The position numbers and the translations under genes are program-made. A stretch of DNA of 64,000 nucleotides from Clostridia bacterium (GTDB taxonomy: Bacteria; Bacillota; Clostridia; UMGS1883; UMGS1540): assembly GCA_045590195.1 (NCBI GenBank), contig JAZNQN010000044.1:100889-164888 (forward strand), written 5' to 3'. Within the stretch, counting starts at the first letter, position 1. Each line of letters starts with the position of its first letter. The notes below the pieces were generated by a model. The model saw only the letters and a list, made by a program, of their open reading frames with translations, made no database searches and had not been told where the DNA came from. This document shows, in pieces, positions 39,969 to 49,175 of this stretch.

Positions 39969-41000
39969 TTACTCTGCATCAAATTCTTCTTTATACAAAA
40001 CTTTTCCCGAAAGATTTGTAAAATATGATGCGCCTTCATATCTTCTGCTGAAAATTTTATTATCGACAACAGAAATGCTGTTAACATAGCCGGTTTCTCC
40101 CAAAAACGTTGCTTTTCCGCTTTTAATGTTAACTTTATAAATGCCATCTTCGCCTGTAAGCAACAACTGGCCACTATGATAATTCATTTTAGAAACATCT
40201 GAAATTTTTTCATAATCAGCGGAATTGAAAATTTCGGCTCTTTCGCCACTTTTCTTATTCACAGTATAAACTTTCATTTCTTTATAGTTTACAACGAAAA
40301 TTTTACTACCGCTTACAAAAATGGGTTTTTCAAATTCTCCGGCGGAGCAAACTATTTCACTTTCTCCGTTTGAAATGTTAATTCTTTCAACCTTACCGTC
40401 GTTGAAAACATACATTTTGTTATCAGATATAACTGCATTACCTCTGCAAAAGCCTTTAAGGGCTGAGGTTTTAATATCAAAAACGTAAACACTTTCGTCG
40501 ATTAAAAAATAGATGCTGTTTTTATTATTTCCAATTACAGAAACTTCTTTTTCTGCTGAAAGTTTTAAAAGTTCTGACTTAACCCTTTTTTCGGGGGAAT
40601 ATCTGCACAAAACATTATCTTTTACATAATAAAGGTCGCCCTCTACTTCATTTAAGCAGAATATTTCGCCGCCTTTATCAATAAGTTCTGAATTTTTAAA
40701 TCTTTCATCAATTCCGCAAAGTTCATCGCCATCGGAATAATAAAAATGGTTTCCTATTTTTTCTGCATAGGACATATTTATCCCATTACCATTTTCTTCG
40801 CCCTCAACTTTAAAGCCTGATGCGTAAGAAATTGCCCATACAAGGGCAGAAATAATCAGAACCGACAAAAGCATAACTATTATCAGTTTGCCGCGGTTTG
40901 AAAGCTTTTTCTTTGGTTTTTTAGGCTCTTCAAAAACATCACAATCTGGACAGAGCGTACTGCCGATTATGAGTTCTTTGCCACATTTGGGGCAAGTCAT
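39969..41000 (-). CDS. zinc-ribbon/TM/beta-propeller-like protein (DUF5050-like), function unknown
   Basis: CPKCG…CPDC zinc ribbon, one TM, repeated hydrophobic/aromatic blades. ATG at 41000 is 6 nt after the ADH stop. Confidence 0.75.
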   Translation of the reverse strand: MTCPKCGKELIIGSTLCPDCDVFEEPKKPKKKLSNRGKLIIVMLLSVLIISALVWAISYASGFKVEGEENGNGINMSYAEKIGNHFYYSDGDELCGIDERFKNSELIDKGGEIFCLNEVEGDLYYVKDNVLCRYSPEKRVKSELLKLSAEKEVSVIGNNKNSIYFLIDESVYVFDIKTSALKGFCRGNAVISDNKMYVFNDGKVERINISNGESEIVCSAGEFEKPIFVSGSKIFVVNYKEMKVYTVNKKSGERAEIFNSADYEKISDVSKMNYHSGQLLLTGEDGIYKVNIKSGKATFLGETGYVNSISVVDNKIFSRRYEGASYFTNLSGKVLYKEEFDAE

Positions 41001-41005
41001 ATATA

Positions 41006-42097
41006 TCAACCTTTCAGGCTTAAAATTTCTCTTTCCTGCAGAAAATCAATTTTCCACGGATTTAGCGCAACATTTGCAGCTTTTATTGTTTTTTCTGCAA
41101 AACGGGCTGCCTCTTCATCTGTTACCGGTGTTTCGGGCAGATTAAGTTTTTCAAAAAGATTTTTGAAACCTTCGTAATCTTTACAGCCAAGTGCCTCGAA
41201 AATATCTTTGCAATCCTCGGGTACATTTTCGTTTGCAAATCTCATATAAGGAATTAAAAGTTTTCCGTTTGCAAGGCCGTGAGGCATATCTTTATAATAA
41301 GTTAAAGCATAGCCCATAGAGTGAACAACAATTGTTCCTGTTTGTGCTATTGCAACGCCGCCAAGCATAGCAGCGTGCAAAAGTGCCTCCCTGTCTTCAT
41401 CGGGAATTGGGAAAAGATTTGTTTTTTCAATGTGTTTGCCCAAAATTTCAAGGCCTTTAAGAGAAATCGCACGGCTATCTGCTGTGCATTTTTTGCTTAA
41501 AATACCTTCTATAAAGTGGCTCATTGTATCAAGAGCGGTATTTTTAGCAATACTTTCAGGCAAATCTTTAGTATATCTTGCATCTAAAAAGGCAAGGGCA
41601 GGAAACATCCAGTCGCCTTTGGCTGTAACTTTTGTTTCTTTTTCGGGCACTGTTAAAACGCTGTACTGAGTAGCCTCGCTTCCGGTTCCTGCTGTTGTTG
41701 GAATTGCCACAAACGGAAGAGGACTATTTTCGGGCTCGTCATAAATTTCCATAGGCTCAATATCGTTTGCAGCATAAAGAGCAGCCGCTTTACCAAGGTC
41801 GAGTGGCGAGCCGCCGCCTATTCCCACAACGAAATCGGCTTTGAATTCTTTCGCAAGCTGACCAGCCTCGAAAGCATTGGCAACTGTCGGGTTATTCTGC
41901 ACATTGTCATAAACAACATAGCAGATTGAAAGCCCGTCTAAAACGTCCTGCACATCGTAAAGTGCACCGCTTTTTGCACCTGATGTTTTACCCGTTACAA
42001 TAAGCGCCCTTTTTCCAAGGCGGGAAAGTTCCTCGCCGTTATCAAATATACATCCTCTGCCTTCAAAAATTTTAGTAGGCATATAAAATCTTTCCAT
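41006..42097 (-). CDS. iron-containing alcohol dehydrogenase family protein
   Basis: GGGSPLDLGKA motif and His-rich metal site typical of Fe-ADH. Confidence 0.85.
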   Translation of the reverse strand: MERFYMPTKIFEGRGCIFDNGEELSRLGKRALIVTGKTSGAKSGALYDVQDVLDGLSICYVVYDNVQNNPTVANAFEAGQLAKEFKADFVVGIGGGSPLDLGKAAALYAANDIEPMEIYDEPENSPLPFVAIPTTAGTGSEATQYSVLTVPEKETKVTAKGDWMFPALAFLDARYTKDLPESIAKNTALDTMSHFIEGILSKKCTADSRAISLKGLEILGKHIEKTNLFPIPDEDREALLHAAMLGGVAIAQTGTIVVHSMGYALTYYKDMPHGLANGKLLIPYMRFANENVPEDCKDIFEALGCKDYEGFKNLFEKLNLPETPVTDEEAARFAEKTIKAANVALNPWKIDFLQEREILSLKG

Positions 42098-42111
42098 TTT
42101 TCCTCCAAAAA

Positions 42112-43560
42112 CTACTTAGAATGCTTTTTAAGTAAATCGTGTTTAATGTTCCAAAGCTTTTCTGTCATATCAACATAATATTTATGGGGATTTTCAAAAC
42201 GCTGAACTTCATCCCAAATTCTGCCAAGCTCCTCTTTGCAACGTTTCTGAATTTCTTTAAGGCTTGGCTCTTTATAAACAAGTTTACCCTTATCAAAAAT
42301 TTTAACAAGAAGTTTTTCAGCTTTGAAATCGGTAATTTTCTTTCTTTTCCATGTGTGATCAGGGTCGAAAAGTTCAAAAGGCTCGTCCTCGGAAATTTCT
42401 TCATCGAAAAGTGCCAGAACATCGGCAATAGCCTTATTACTGTCTTTCTCAAAAAGCCTGTAAACCTGCTTAAAGCAAGGGTTTGTAATCTTTTCAACGT
42501 TTTCTGAAACTTTGATTTTAGGAATAGCTTCCCCATCTTTCCAGACCTGAGTAAGCTTATAAACGCCACCAAAAACAGGCTCAGATTTAGAGGTAATAAG
42601 CCTTTCGCCTACACCAAAGGAATCGATGCAGGCACCCTGAGCCAAAGTTCCCCTTATGATATACTCATCAAGCGAGTTGGAAACACAGATTTTTGTGTTT
42701 TCCATTCCTTCGCTATCAAGTTTAGCTCTTATTTTTTTAGTGAGATATGTAATATCGCCACTGTCAATTCTAATACCTTTAAGGCTTTTGCCCATTGGCT
42801 GCAACACTTCTTTATGAACTCTTATTGCGTTTGGCAAACCTGATTTCAAAACATTATAGGTATCGATAAGAAGGGTACAATCATCGGGATAAGAAAGCGC
42901 ATAGGCCTTAAATGCTTCAAACTCGTTATCGAAAAGCTGAACCCAGCTATGAGCCATTGTTCCCATAGCGGGAAAATCGAACATTTTTTCAGAAATTGTA
43001 CAGGATGAGCCTGCGCAACCGCCAACAAATGCCGCACGTGAGCCATTTATAGCGCCGCTTGGTCCCTGAGCTCTTCTTGCACCAAATTCCATAACAGGTC
43101 TGCCCTTAGCCGCACGTACAATTCGGCTTGCTTTTGTTGCAATAAGCGACTGATGGTTTATTGAAAGCAAAAGCATAGTTTCAATAAGCTGAGCCTGTAC
43201 AACAGGCCCTACAACAGTTACAATAGGCTCGCCAGGGAAAATTGGAACGCCTTCTTCAATTGCGTAAACATCACAACAAAACTCGAAGTTTTCGAGATAG
43301 TTTAAAAACTTTTCTGAAAAAATATTTTTGTTTCTCAGATACTCAATATCCTCTTTTGAGAAAGAAAGATTTTTAAGGTAATCGATGAGCTGTGAAAGAC
43401 CTGCAGAAATAGCATATCCGCCGCCATCGGGAACCTTTCTGAAAAACATATCAAAACAAGCGGTTACCTCTTCCATTTTATTGTCAAAATAGCCGTTTGC
43501 CATGGTAAACTCGTAAAAGTCTGCCAGCATTGTAAGATTATCAGAATTTCTAATGTCCAT
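42112..43560 (-). CDS. pncB: nicotinate phosphoribosyltransferase
   Basis: N-terminal LTMLADFYEFTMANGYF, typical NAPRTase. 482 aa. Confidence 0.88.
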   Translation of the reverse strand: MDIRNSDNLTMLADFYEFTMANGYFDNKMEEVTACFDMFFRKVPDGGGYAISAGLSQLIDYLKNLSFSKEDIEYLRNKNIFSEKFLNYLENFEFCCDVYAIEEGVPIFPGEPIVTVVGPVVQAQLIETMLLLSINHQSLIATKASRIVRAAKGRPVMEFGARRAQGPSGAINGSRAAFVGGCAGSSCTISEKMFDFPAMGTMAHSWVQLFDNEFEAFKAYALSYPDDCTLLIDTYNVLKSGLPNAIRVHKEVLQPMGKSLKGIRIDSGDITYLTKKIRAKLDSEGMENTKICVSNSLDEYIIRGTLAQGACIDSFGVGERLITSKSEPVFGGVYKLTQVWKDGEAIPKIKVSENVEKITNPCFKQVYRLFEKDSNKAIADVLALFDEEISEDEPFELFDPDHTWKRKKITDFKAEKLLVKIFDKGKLVYKEPSLKEIQKRCKEELGRIWDEVQRFENPHKYYVDMTEKLWNIKHDLLKKHSK

Positions 43561-43570
43561 TTTTTACTCC

Positions 43571-43843
43571 TTACTGAACATACGAAAGAGCATCATTCAG
43601 CCAGTATTCAGCAATATCCATTGCCGCATACATTCCTTCTCTTTCTGCTTTTTTAATCATTTTTCCGCTACCGTTATTTTCCTGAAGAATAATTGAAATA
43701 TTCTTTGATATTTCAAGGTCCTGAACTTTTTCGCTTGAGTTTACTCGGAGCAAGATTATATACGGGTCTTCAGGGTTTCCGTAATAAATCATATCTCCTC
43801 TTCTAACCAAAGGTTTATCTTTGTATTTTAAAATCTCAGCCAT
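43571..43843 (-). CDS. hypothetical small protein (90 aa)
   Basis: Good RBS (AAAGGAAGG). No recognisable family. Confidence 0.6.
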   Translation of the reverse strand: MAEILKYKDKPLVRRGDMIYYGNPEDPYIILLRVNSSEKVQDLEISKNISIILQENNGSGKMIKKAEREGMYAAMDIAEYWLNDALSYVQ

Positions 43844-43858
43844 AATTTCCTTCCTTTC

Positions 43859-44254
43859 TTATTCACCGTAACCAACCATTAAGGTAAGCTCATATTTTTC
43901 GCCATCGCTGATTTCGATACTGCTTATACCCAGCTGAATGCTTTCGCCGCCTTTGGTAATGCACCACCACTCCTCGTTATCGGAATCGGCTTTTATACCT
44001 GCCACTTCTGTTATAAAAAGGCCATACTGTCCCTCTTCGCCTTTTATAATTCCTTCATTCAAAAGTGCATCGCCAAGGTATTTACAATCGGTTTCAATAT
44101 CATAAAGTTGCGAATTCTCATTTGCAACAACTGTTATCTGAATGTTTTTCATATCGCTTTTTTCGCTGTTACCGCCAAAAAACGAAAGAGCTACACCTGC
44201 CAAAATCAAAAGCACTGCCAGAAAAAGTGAAACGCTTAAAACCTTCTTTTTCAT
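43859..44254 (-). CDS. DUF4430-like secreted/lipid-anchored protein
   Basis: Signal peptide plus a domain resembling DUF4430 (transcobalamin-like fold). ATGA overlap with the upstream gene. Confidence 0.65.
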   Translation of the reverse strand: MKKKVLSVSLFLAVLLILAGVALSFFGGNSEKSDMKNIQITVVANENSQLYDIETDCKYLGDALLNEGIIKGEEGQYGLFITEVAGIKADSDNEEWWCITKGGESIQLGISSIEISDGEKYELTLMVGYGE

Positions 44255-45423
44255 GCTTTCAGCTCCTTGGTAAATTTAACTTTAAAGTCTTCCAGAGAAG
44301 TATTTTTAAGTTCGTTTGAAATTGCTTTGATTTCGTTTATTTCTTCATCAGAAAGTTCGCTTACAGTTTTTAAAAGCTCATCAATTTCCATACCTGTATC
44401 CTGGCCCGGGAATGACAAAGCTGCGGCAATTCCTACTTTTATGTAATCGCAGGAAAGGCCCTGTTCTTTGCACATATTATATGCACCTACAAGGCGGTCG
44501 CGTTTTGCAAGCTTTCTTTTTATATCATTACCAACCCTTGCAACTGTATCGCCAAGCTGACGGTTTGCAAAGCGCTGAAGCAAATCGAGAACATGGTCGT
44601 AAATTTCATCAATAGAAACGCCGTGGCGTTTTGAAAGAGCAATTGCTGACTGAGTCATCGCTTTTGAAACAAGAAGATGAATGTATGGGTTTTCAATTGC
44701 CTGCCAGATATATTCATATCCGCAAAGGCTGCCAAGATATGCACACATAGCGTGGCCCATATTGTGAATAAAAAGTTTTCTTTCGATGTAATATTCAAAT
44801 GGTGTATACCAAACTGCATTCTTAATTGCAGGCAAATCGCCTTTTACTGCATTTGAATCGAGAGGAAGCTTATTATAAGCTTCAACACAAACTCTAAGTG
44901 GGTTATCGCCCTGCATTTGGGGTGTCTGAACAGGAACCATTCTGCCGATAGAAGCTTCAACAAAGCCAACAAGCTCTGAAAGTTTTTCCTTTTCATCATC
45001 GTTCATTTCGTTTTCAATAAGACCTTTAAGGTATGCATCGGCACCAATAAGGTTTTCGCAAATAATAATATTAAGCGGTGTCATATTGCCCTGCTGCCAT
45101 CTTTTCTTAAGGCCAAGAGCAATTGGAGCGGCAATAAATTTAAGAACATTTACGCCAACTGCTGTTGCCATAATGTCAGCCTGTGCAATTGCTGTTGCTA
45201 CGATTTCAGGGTCTCTGCCATCGATACCATACACATTTTTAACAATTTCTTCGCGGCTTTCACTGCCAAGCAAAATATTTACAGGATACTGTTTCTGCTC
45301 GCAAAGCTGATTTACAACTTTTTCGTTAACATCAACAAATCCAACCTCATAACCGGAAAGGGACAAAAGCTGCCCTATAAAGCCCCTTCCGATATTTCCT
45401 GCTCCGTACATTACTGCTTTCAT
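44251..45423 (-). CDS. mannitol-dehydrogenase-family enzyme (mannitol-1-phosphate 5-dehydrogenase-like)
   Basis: N-terminus [20 protein letters not shown] aligns well by eye with E. coli MtlD ([20 protein letters not shown]). Conserved ERKLF…HNMGHA region also present. Confidence 0.8.
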   Translation of the reverse strand: [390 protein letters not shown]

Positions 45424-45443
45424 TTTTTCTCTCGCCTTTCTTT

Positions 45444-47111
45444 TTATATTTCCATAACAATTGGTAAAATCATTGGTTTTCTTTTGGTTTCTTCATAAAT
45501 AAAGTCGGAAAGCCTGTTTCTTACGTTACTTTTAAAGTAAGTGAAATCGTTTCCGTGTTTATGACGGGCGCTTTCAACTGCATCGAAAACAACATCTCTT
45601 ATTTCTTCCATAAGGTCGCCCGATTCTTTTACATAAACAAAACCACGGGATATAACCTCAGGCCCTGACAAAATGTTTCCGCTGCCGTCAACCCCGACTA
45701 CCACAACAATAATTCCATCCTCGCCAAGGTGTTTTCTGTCACGAAGTACAACGTTACCAACATCACCAACACCATATCCGTCAACCAAAACCCTGCCGGC
45801 ACATACTTTGTCGCCGATTTTTGCGGTTTTTTCGTCAATTTCAAGAGTGTCGCCTATATCCATAATAAATATATTTTTCTCTTTTACGCCAACCGCCTGA
45901 GCAAGTTGCTTATGCTTTACAAGGTGCCTGTGTTCGCCGTGAACAGGCATAAAATATTTTGGCTTTATAAGGCTTAAAATTATTTTAAGTTCCTCGCTGC
46001 ACGCGTGGCCTGAAACGTGAACTTCGGAAAGTGATTCGTAAATTACATCTACGCCTTTTTTGAAAAGTTCATTTATAAGGTTTGAAACCGATTTTTCATT
46101 TCCCGGAATAGGGCTTGATGAAAAAATAACAAGGTCGCCTATTCCAAGCTCAATTTTCTTATGGTCGGAAAAAGCCATTCTTGTAAGGGCACTCATAGCC
46201 TCGCCCTGGCTTCCTGTTGTGATAATAACAAGCTGATTTGGCTTATATCTGTTAATTGTGTCAAGATCAATTATCGTATTTTCCGGAACATGAAGATATC
46301 CAAGTTTCATTGCAACATCAATTACATTTAGCATACTTCTGCCGGAAACGGCAATTTTTCTCTTGTATTTTACTGCAGCATTTATAATCTGCTGCACTCT
46401 GTGAATGTTTGAAGAAAAGGTTGCTACTATAATTCGCTTCGACTGAGAATTTCTGAAAATATCGTCAAACCTTTCTCCAACACTGCTCTCAGACATGGTA
46501 AAACCACGTCTTTCAACATTTGTACTGTCGCTCATTAAAAGCAAAACTCCACGCTTGCCAATTTCGCCAAAGCGGGCAAGGTCGATCATTTCGCTTTCAA
46601 TGGGAGTTGTATCAATTTTGAAGTCGCCTGTGTGAACAATTGTTCCCTGCGGAGTTGTTATGGCAAGGCCAACAGAATCTGCAATAGAATGATTAACCCT
46701 TACAAATTCTACCTTAAAGCTTGAACCAAGTTTTATCTGGCTTCCTGCTTTTATGGTTTTAAGGGTACTCTCGCCAAGTACTCCGTGCTCGCTGAGTTTA
46801 AGCTCAACAAGCCCAAGCGTTAAACGTGTTCCGTAAACGGGAACCTGTAAATTCTTCAGTATATATGGCAGAGCACCGATATGGTCTTCGTGGCCATGGG
46901 TTAGCACAATACCCCTCACCTTGTCTGCATTTTTTACAAGGTAAGATGCATCGGGGATAACTATATCCACCCCTAAAAGCTCTCCGTCAGGGAAAGCAAG
47001 GCCGCAGTCAATCACAATAATATCGTTTCCATATTCGATAACTGTCATATTCTTCCCAATCTCGTTAAGACCGCCGAGTGGGATAATTTTCAATTTTGGT
47101 TTTTTTGGCAC
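45444..47111 (-). CDS. rnj: ribonuclease J
   Basis: Metallo-beta-lactamase HGHEDHIG motif, beta-CASP and C-terminal domain. The true start is a GTG (MPKKPKLKIIPLGG) 7 nt after AGGAGG. The track extension to 47216 overlaps the promoter and is rejected. Confidence 0.9.
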   Translation of the reverse strand: MPKKPKLKIIPLGGLNEIGKNMTVIEYGNDIIVIDCGLAFPDGELLGVDIVIPDASYLVKNADKVRGIVLTHGHEDHIGALPYILKNLQVPVYGTRLTLGLVELKLSEHGVLGESTLKTIKAGSQIKLGSSFKVEFVRVNHSIADSVGLAITTPQGTIVHTGDFKIDTTPIESEMIDLARFGEIGKRGVLLLMSDSTNVERRGFTMSESSVGERFDDIFRNSQSKRIIVATFSSNIHRVQQIINAAVKYKRKIAVSGRSMLNVIDVAMKLGYLHVPENTIIDLDTINRYKPNQLVIITTGSQGEAMSALTRMAFSDHKKIELGIGDLVIFSSSPIPGNEKSVSNLINELFKKGVDVIYESLSEVHVSGHACSEELKIILSLIKPKYFMPVHGEHRHLVKHKQLAQAVGVKEKNIFIMDIGDTLEIDEKTAKIGDKVCAGRVLVDGYGVGDVGNVVLRDRKHLGEDGIIVVVVGVDGSGNILSGPEVISRGFVYVKESGDLMEEIRDVVFDAVESARHKHGNDFTYFKSNVRNRLSDFIYEETKRKPMILPIVMEI

Positions 47112-47126
47112 TAAATATCCTCCTGA

Positions 47127-47150
47127 TTTTTTCGGGCCGCCCTTGCCGCA
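47127..47150 (-). promoter_or_regulatory. GC-rich hairpin in the rnj 5' UTR
   Basis: GCCGCC-tgcggcaag-GGCGGC between the TSS and the RBS. Confidence 0.4.
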
Positions 47151-47187
47151 GGCGGCTTTATATTTCTCGTACACAATATTACAGATT

Positions 47188-47216
47188 ATTATAACATTAT
47201 AAATAATATTTGTCAA
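47188..47216 (-). promoter_or_regulatory. consensus sigma-A promoter of rnj
   Basis: TTGACA, 17-nt spacer, TATAAT on the minus strand. Confidence 0.6.
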
Positions 47217-47390
47217 ATGATAATAATATATCCGGCTTAATTATTTTTTTATTTTTTCTCCTTCTTTTTTTAAAATATTACAAAATTATTTTAAAATTTT
47301 GTTAAAAATTTATATTTTTCCTTGCAAAAAAGCGAAAAAAAGGTTATTATATATATTAGGTAATTTTATTTTCTAAAAGGAGTGTTAAAA

Positions 47391-48470
47391 TTGACCAATA
47401 AGATTATAGGATCTACTATTTCAAAACTTTGTGATACCTTAGGCTGCAAAGTTGGCGTTATTGACGATGTTTCGGTAATTCCTTTTTCCAATATTCCCGA
47501 AATTCAATCTAATATAAGCCTTATCAGCGAAGAGGCAAAAGAGAAAGCTCTTCCATTTAAAATGTTCGGTTACACTTTTTGTTGCCCTGCGGCAAATCCC
47601 GGAATTGATTATATTTATTTTGCAGAAGGTACCGATGATGCTGCAATGAAAAATCTTGACATTCTTATGATAAGCATCAACGGCATTAAAAAAATTCACG
47701 ACGAAAAGTTTGACAAGTTCAATTTTATGAAAAATGTTGTTCTTGACAATATTCTTACAGGCGACCTTGTGACAAAAGCTAAAGATCTCCGCATAAGCTA
47801 CGAGCAGCAGAGAATTGTTTTTCTTATTAAAACTCTTAACTTTTCCGATGTTTCCATAAGCGAAATTTTAAGCGGAGTTTTTCCGGACAAGCTTCATGAT
47901 TTTATTGTTAATATCGACGAAAACACTTATGTGCTTGTAAAAGAAATTTCCTCCTATTCAACCGCGCAGTGCCGCGAAATTGCAAAAAGCATTATTTCAA
48001 CACTCAGCTCTGAGGCTATGTGTCAGGCAATTGTGGGCATTGGAACTGTTTCGCAGAATATTACAACTTTGGCTAAATCTTATAAAGATGCTTGTGTTGC
48101 TCTTGAAGTTGGCAAAGTTTTTGATACCGACAAGGAAATTGTTTCTTACGACAACTTAGGTATTGCAAGGCTTATTTATCACCTTCCCACAACTCTTTGT
48201 GAACTTTTCTTGTCAGAAGTTTTCAAAAAAGAGTCTATCGATGTTTTAGACCAGGAAACCATCTACACTATTCAAAAGTTTTTTGAAAACAACTTAAATG
48301 TTTCCGAAACTTCACGTCAGCTTTATGTACATAGAAATACGCTGGTATACCGCCTTGACAAAGTTCAGAAACTTACAGGCCTTGACCTTCGTATTTTTGA
48401 ACACGCAATTATATTTAAGGTTGCAATGATGGTTAGAAAATATCTTACCTCAAATCCGATTAAATTATAA
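47391..48470 (+). CDS. PucR/CdaR-family transcriptional regulator
   Basis: C-terminal PucR-type HTH (NVSETSRQLYVHRNTLVYRLDKVQKLTGLDL). Likely TTG start at 47391, 8 nt after AAAAGGAG; the track GTG at 47382 is too close to the RBS. Confidence 0.75.
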   Translation: MTNKIIGSTISKLCDTLGCKVGVIDDVSVIPFSNIPEIQSNISLISEEAKEKALPFKMFGYTFCCPAANPGIDYIYFAEGTDDAAMKNLDILMISINGIKKIHDEKFDKFNFMKNVVLDNILTGDLVTKAKDLRISYEQQRIVFLIKTLNFSDVSISEILSGVFPDKLHDFIVNIDENTYVLVKEISSYSTAQCREIAKSIISTLSSEAMCQAIVGIGTVSQNITTLAKSYKDACVALEVGKVFDTDKEIVSYDNLGIARLIYHLPTTLCELFLSEVFKKESIDVLDQETIYTIQKFFENNLNVSETSRQLYVHRNTLVYRLDKVQKLTGLDLRIFEHAIIFKVAMMVRKYLTSNPIKL

Positions 48471-48485
48471 TACAGGAGTAGATTT

Positions 48486-49175
48486 ATGATAGTATTTGAC
48501 AGTGTAAGCAAAATATATGAAGATAACAACACCGTTGCCCTCGACAATGTCAGCTTTAAAGTTGAAAAAGGTGAATTTGTGTTCCTTGTAGGTCACAGCG
48601 GTGCAGGTAAATCTTCTGTTATAAGAATGCTTCTTTGTGAAGAACGCCCTACAAGCGGAACTGTTATGGTAAACGGCTTTAACATAGGCGAGCTTGAAAG
48701 ACGTGAAATTCCCGCACTTCGCAGAAGCCTTGGCGTTGTTTTTCAGGATTTCAGACTGCTGCAAAACAGAACTGTTTACGACAACGTTGCTTTTGCAATG
48801 AATGTTGTTGGTGCTCCGCCAAAGCAGATACGCCGCCGCGTTCCCGAGGTTTTAAGCCTTGTTGACCTTTCGCACAAAGCAAAGGCTTACCCTTCACAGC
48901 TTTCAGGCGGTGAACAGCAGCGTGTTTCAATGGCTCGTGCACTTGCTAACAACCCTTCAATTCTTATTGCCGACGAGCCTACCGGTAACCTTGACTTAAA
49001 GAGAAGCGACGAGGTTATGGCTATTTTGGAAAAAATAAATCGCAAGGGCACTACCATTGTTATGGCAACCCATGCTGAAAAAATTGTTAATTCTATGCAA
49101 AAGCGCGTTATAACCCTTGATATGGGTACCATTTTGCGTGATGAAGAGAAAGGTGGTTACAACATTGGGGTTTAA
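48486..49175 (+). CDS. ftsE: cell-division ABC transporter ATP-binding protein FtsE
   Basis: Walker A GHSGAGKSS, signature LSGGEQQRVSMARAL, Walker B ILIADEPTGNLD. 229 aa. Confidence 0.92.
   Translation: MIVFDSVSKIYEDNNTVALDNVSFKVEKGEFVFLVGHSGAGKSSVIRMLLCEERPTSGTVMVNGFNIGELERREIPALRRSLGVVFQDFRLLQNRTVYDNVAFAMNVVGAPPKQIRRRVPEVLSLVDLSHKAKAYPSQLSGGEQQRVSMARALANNPSILIADEPTGNLDLKRSDEVMAILEKINRKGTTIVMATHAEKIVNSMQKRVITLDMGTILRDEEKGGYNIGV

Noticed and set aside
45444-47216. ORF-track 35-codon N-terminal extension of RNase J (MTNIIYNVIIICNIV…)
   Set aside because: It covers a perfect TTGACA-17-TATAAT promoter and the 5' UTR hairpin. The real start is the GTG at 47111, 7 nt after AGGAGG, giving MPKKPKLKIIPLGG as in other RNase J proteins.
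49117-49140. ftsX start at 49117 (MIWVPFCV…)
   Set aside because: It overlaps 58 nt of ftsE with no RBS. A start at ATG 49141 or TTG 49165 (after AGAAAGGTGG) matches the usual FtsX N-terminus.
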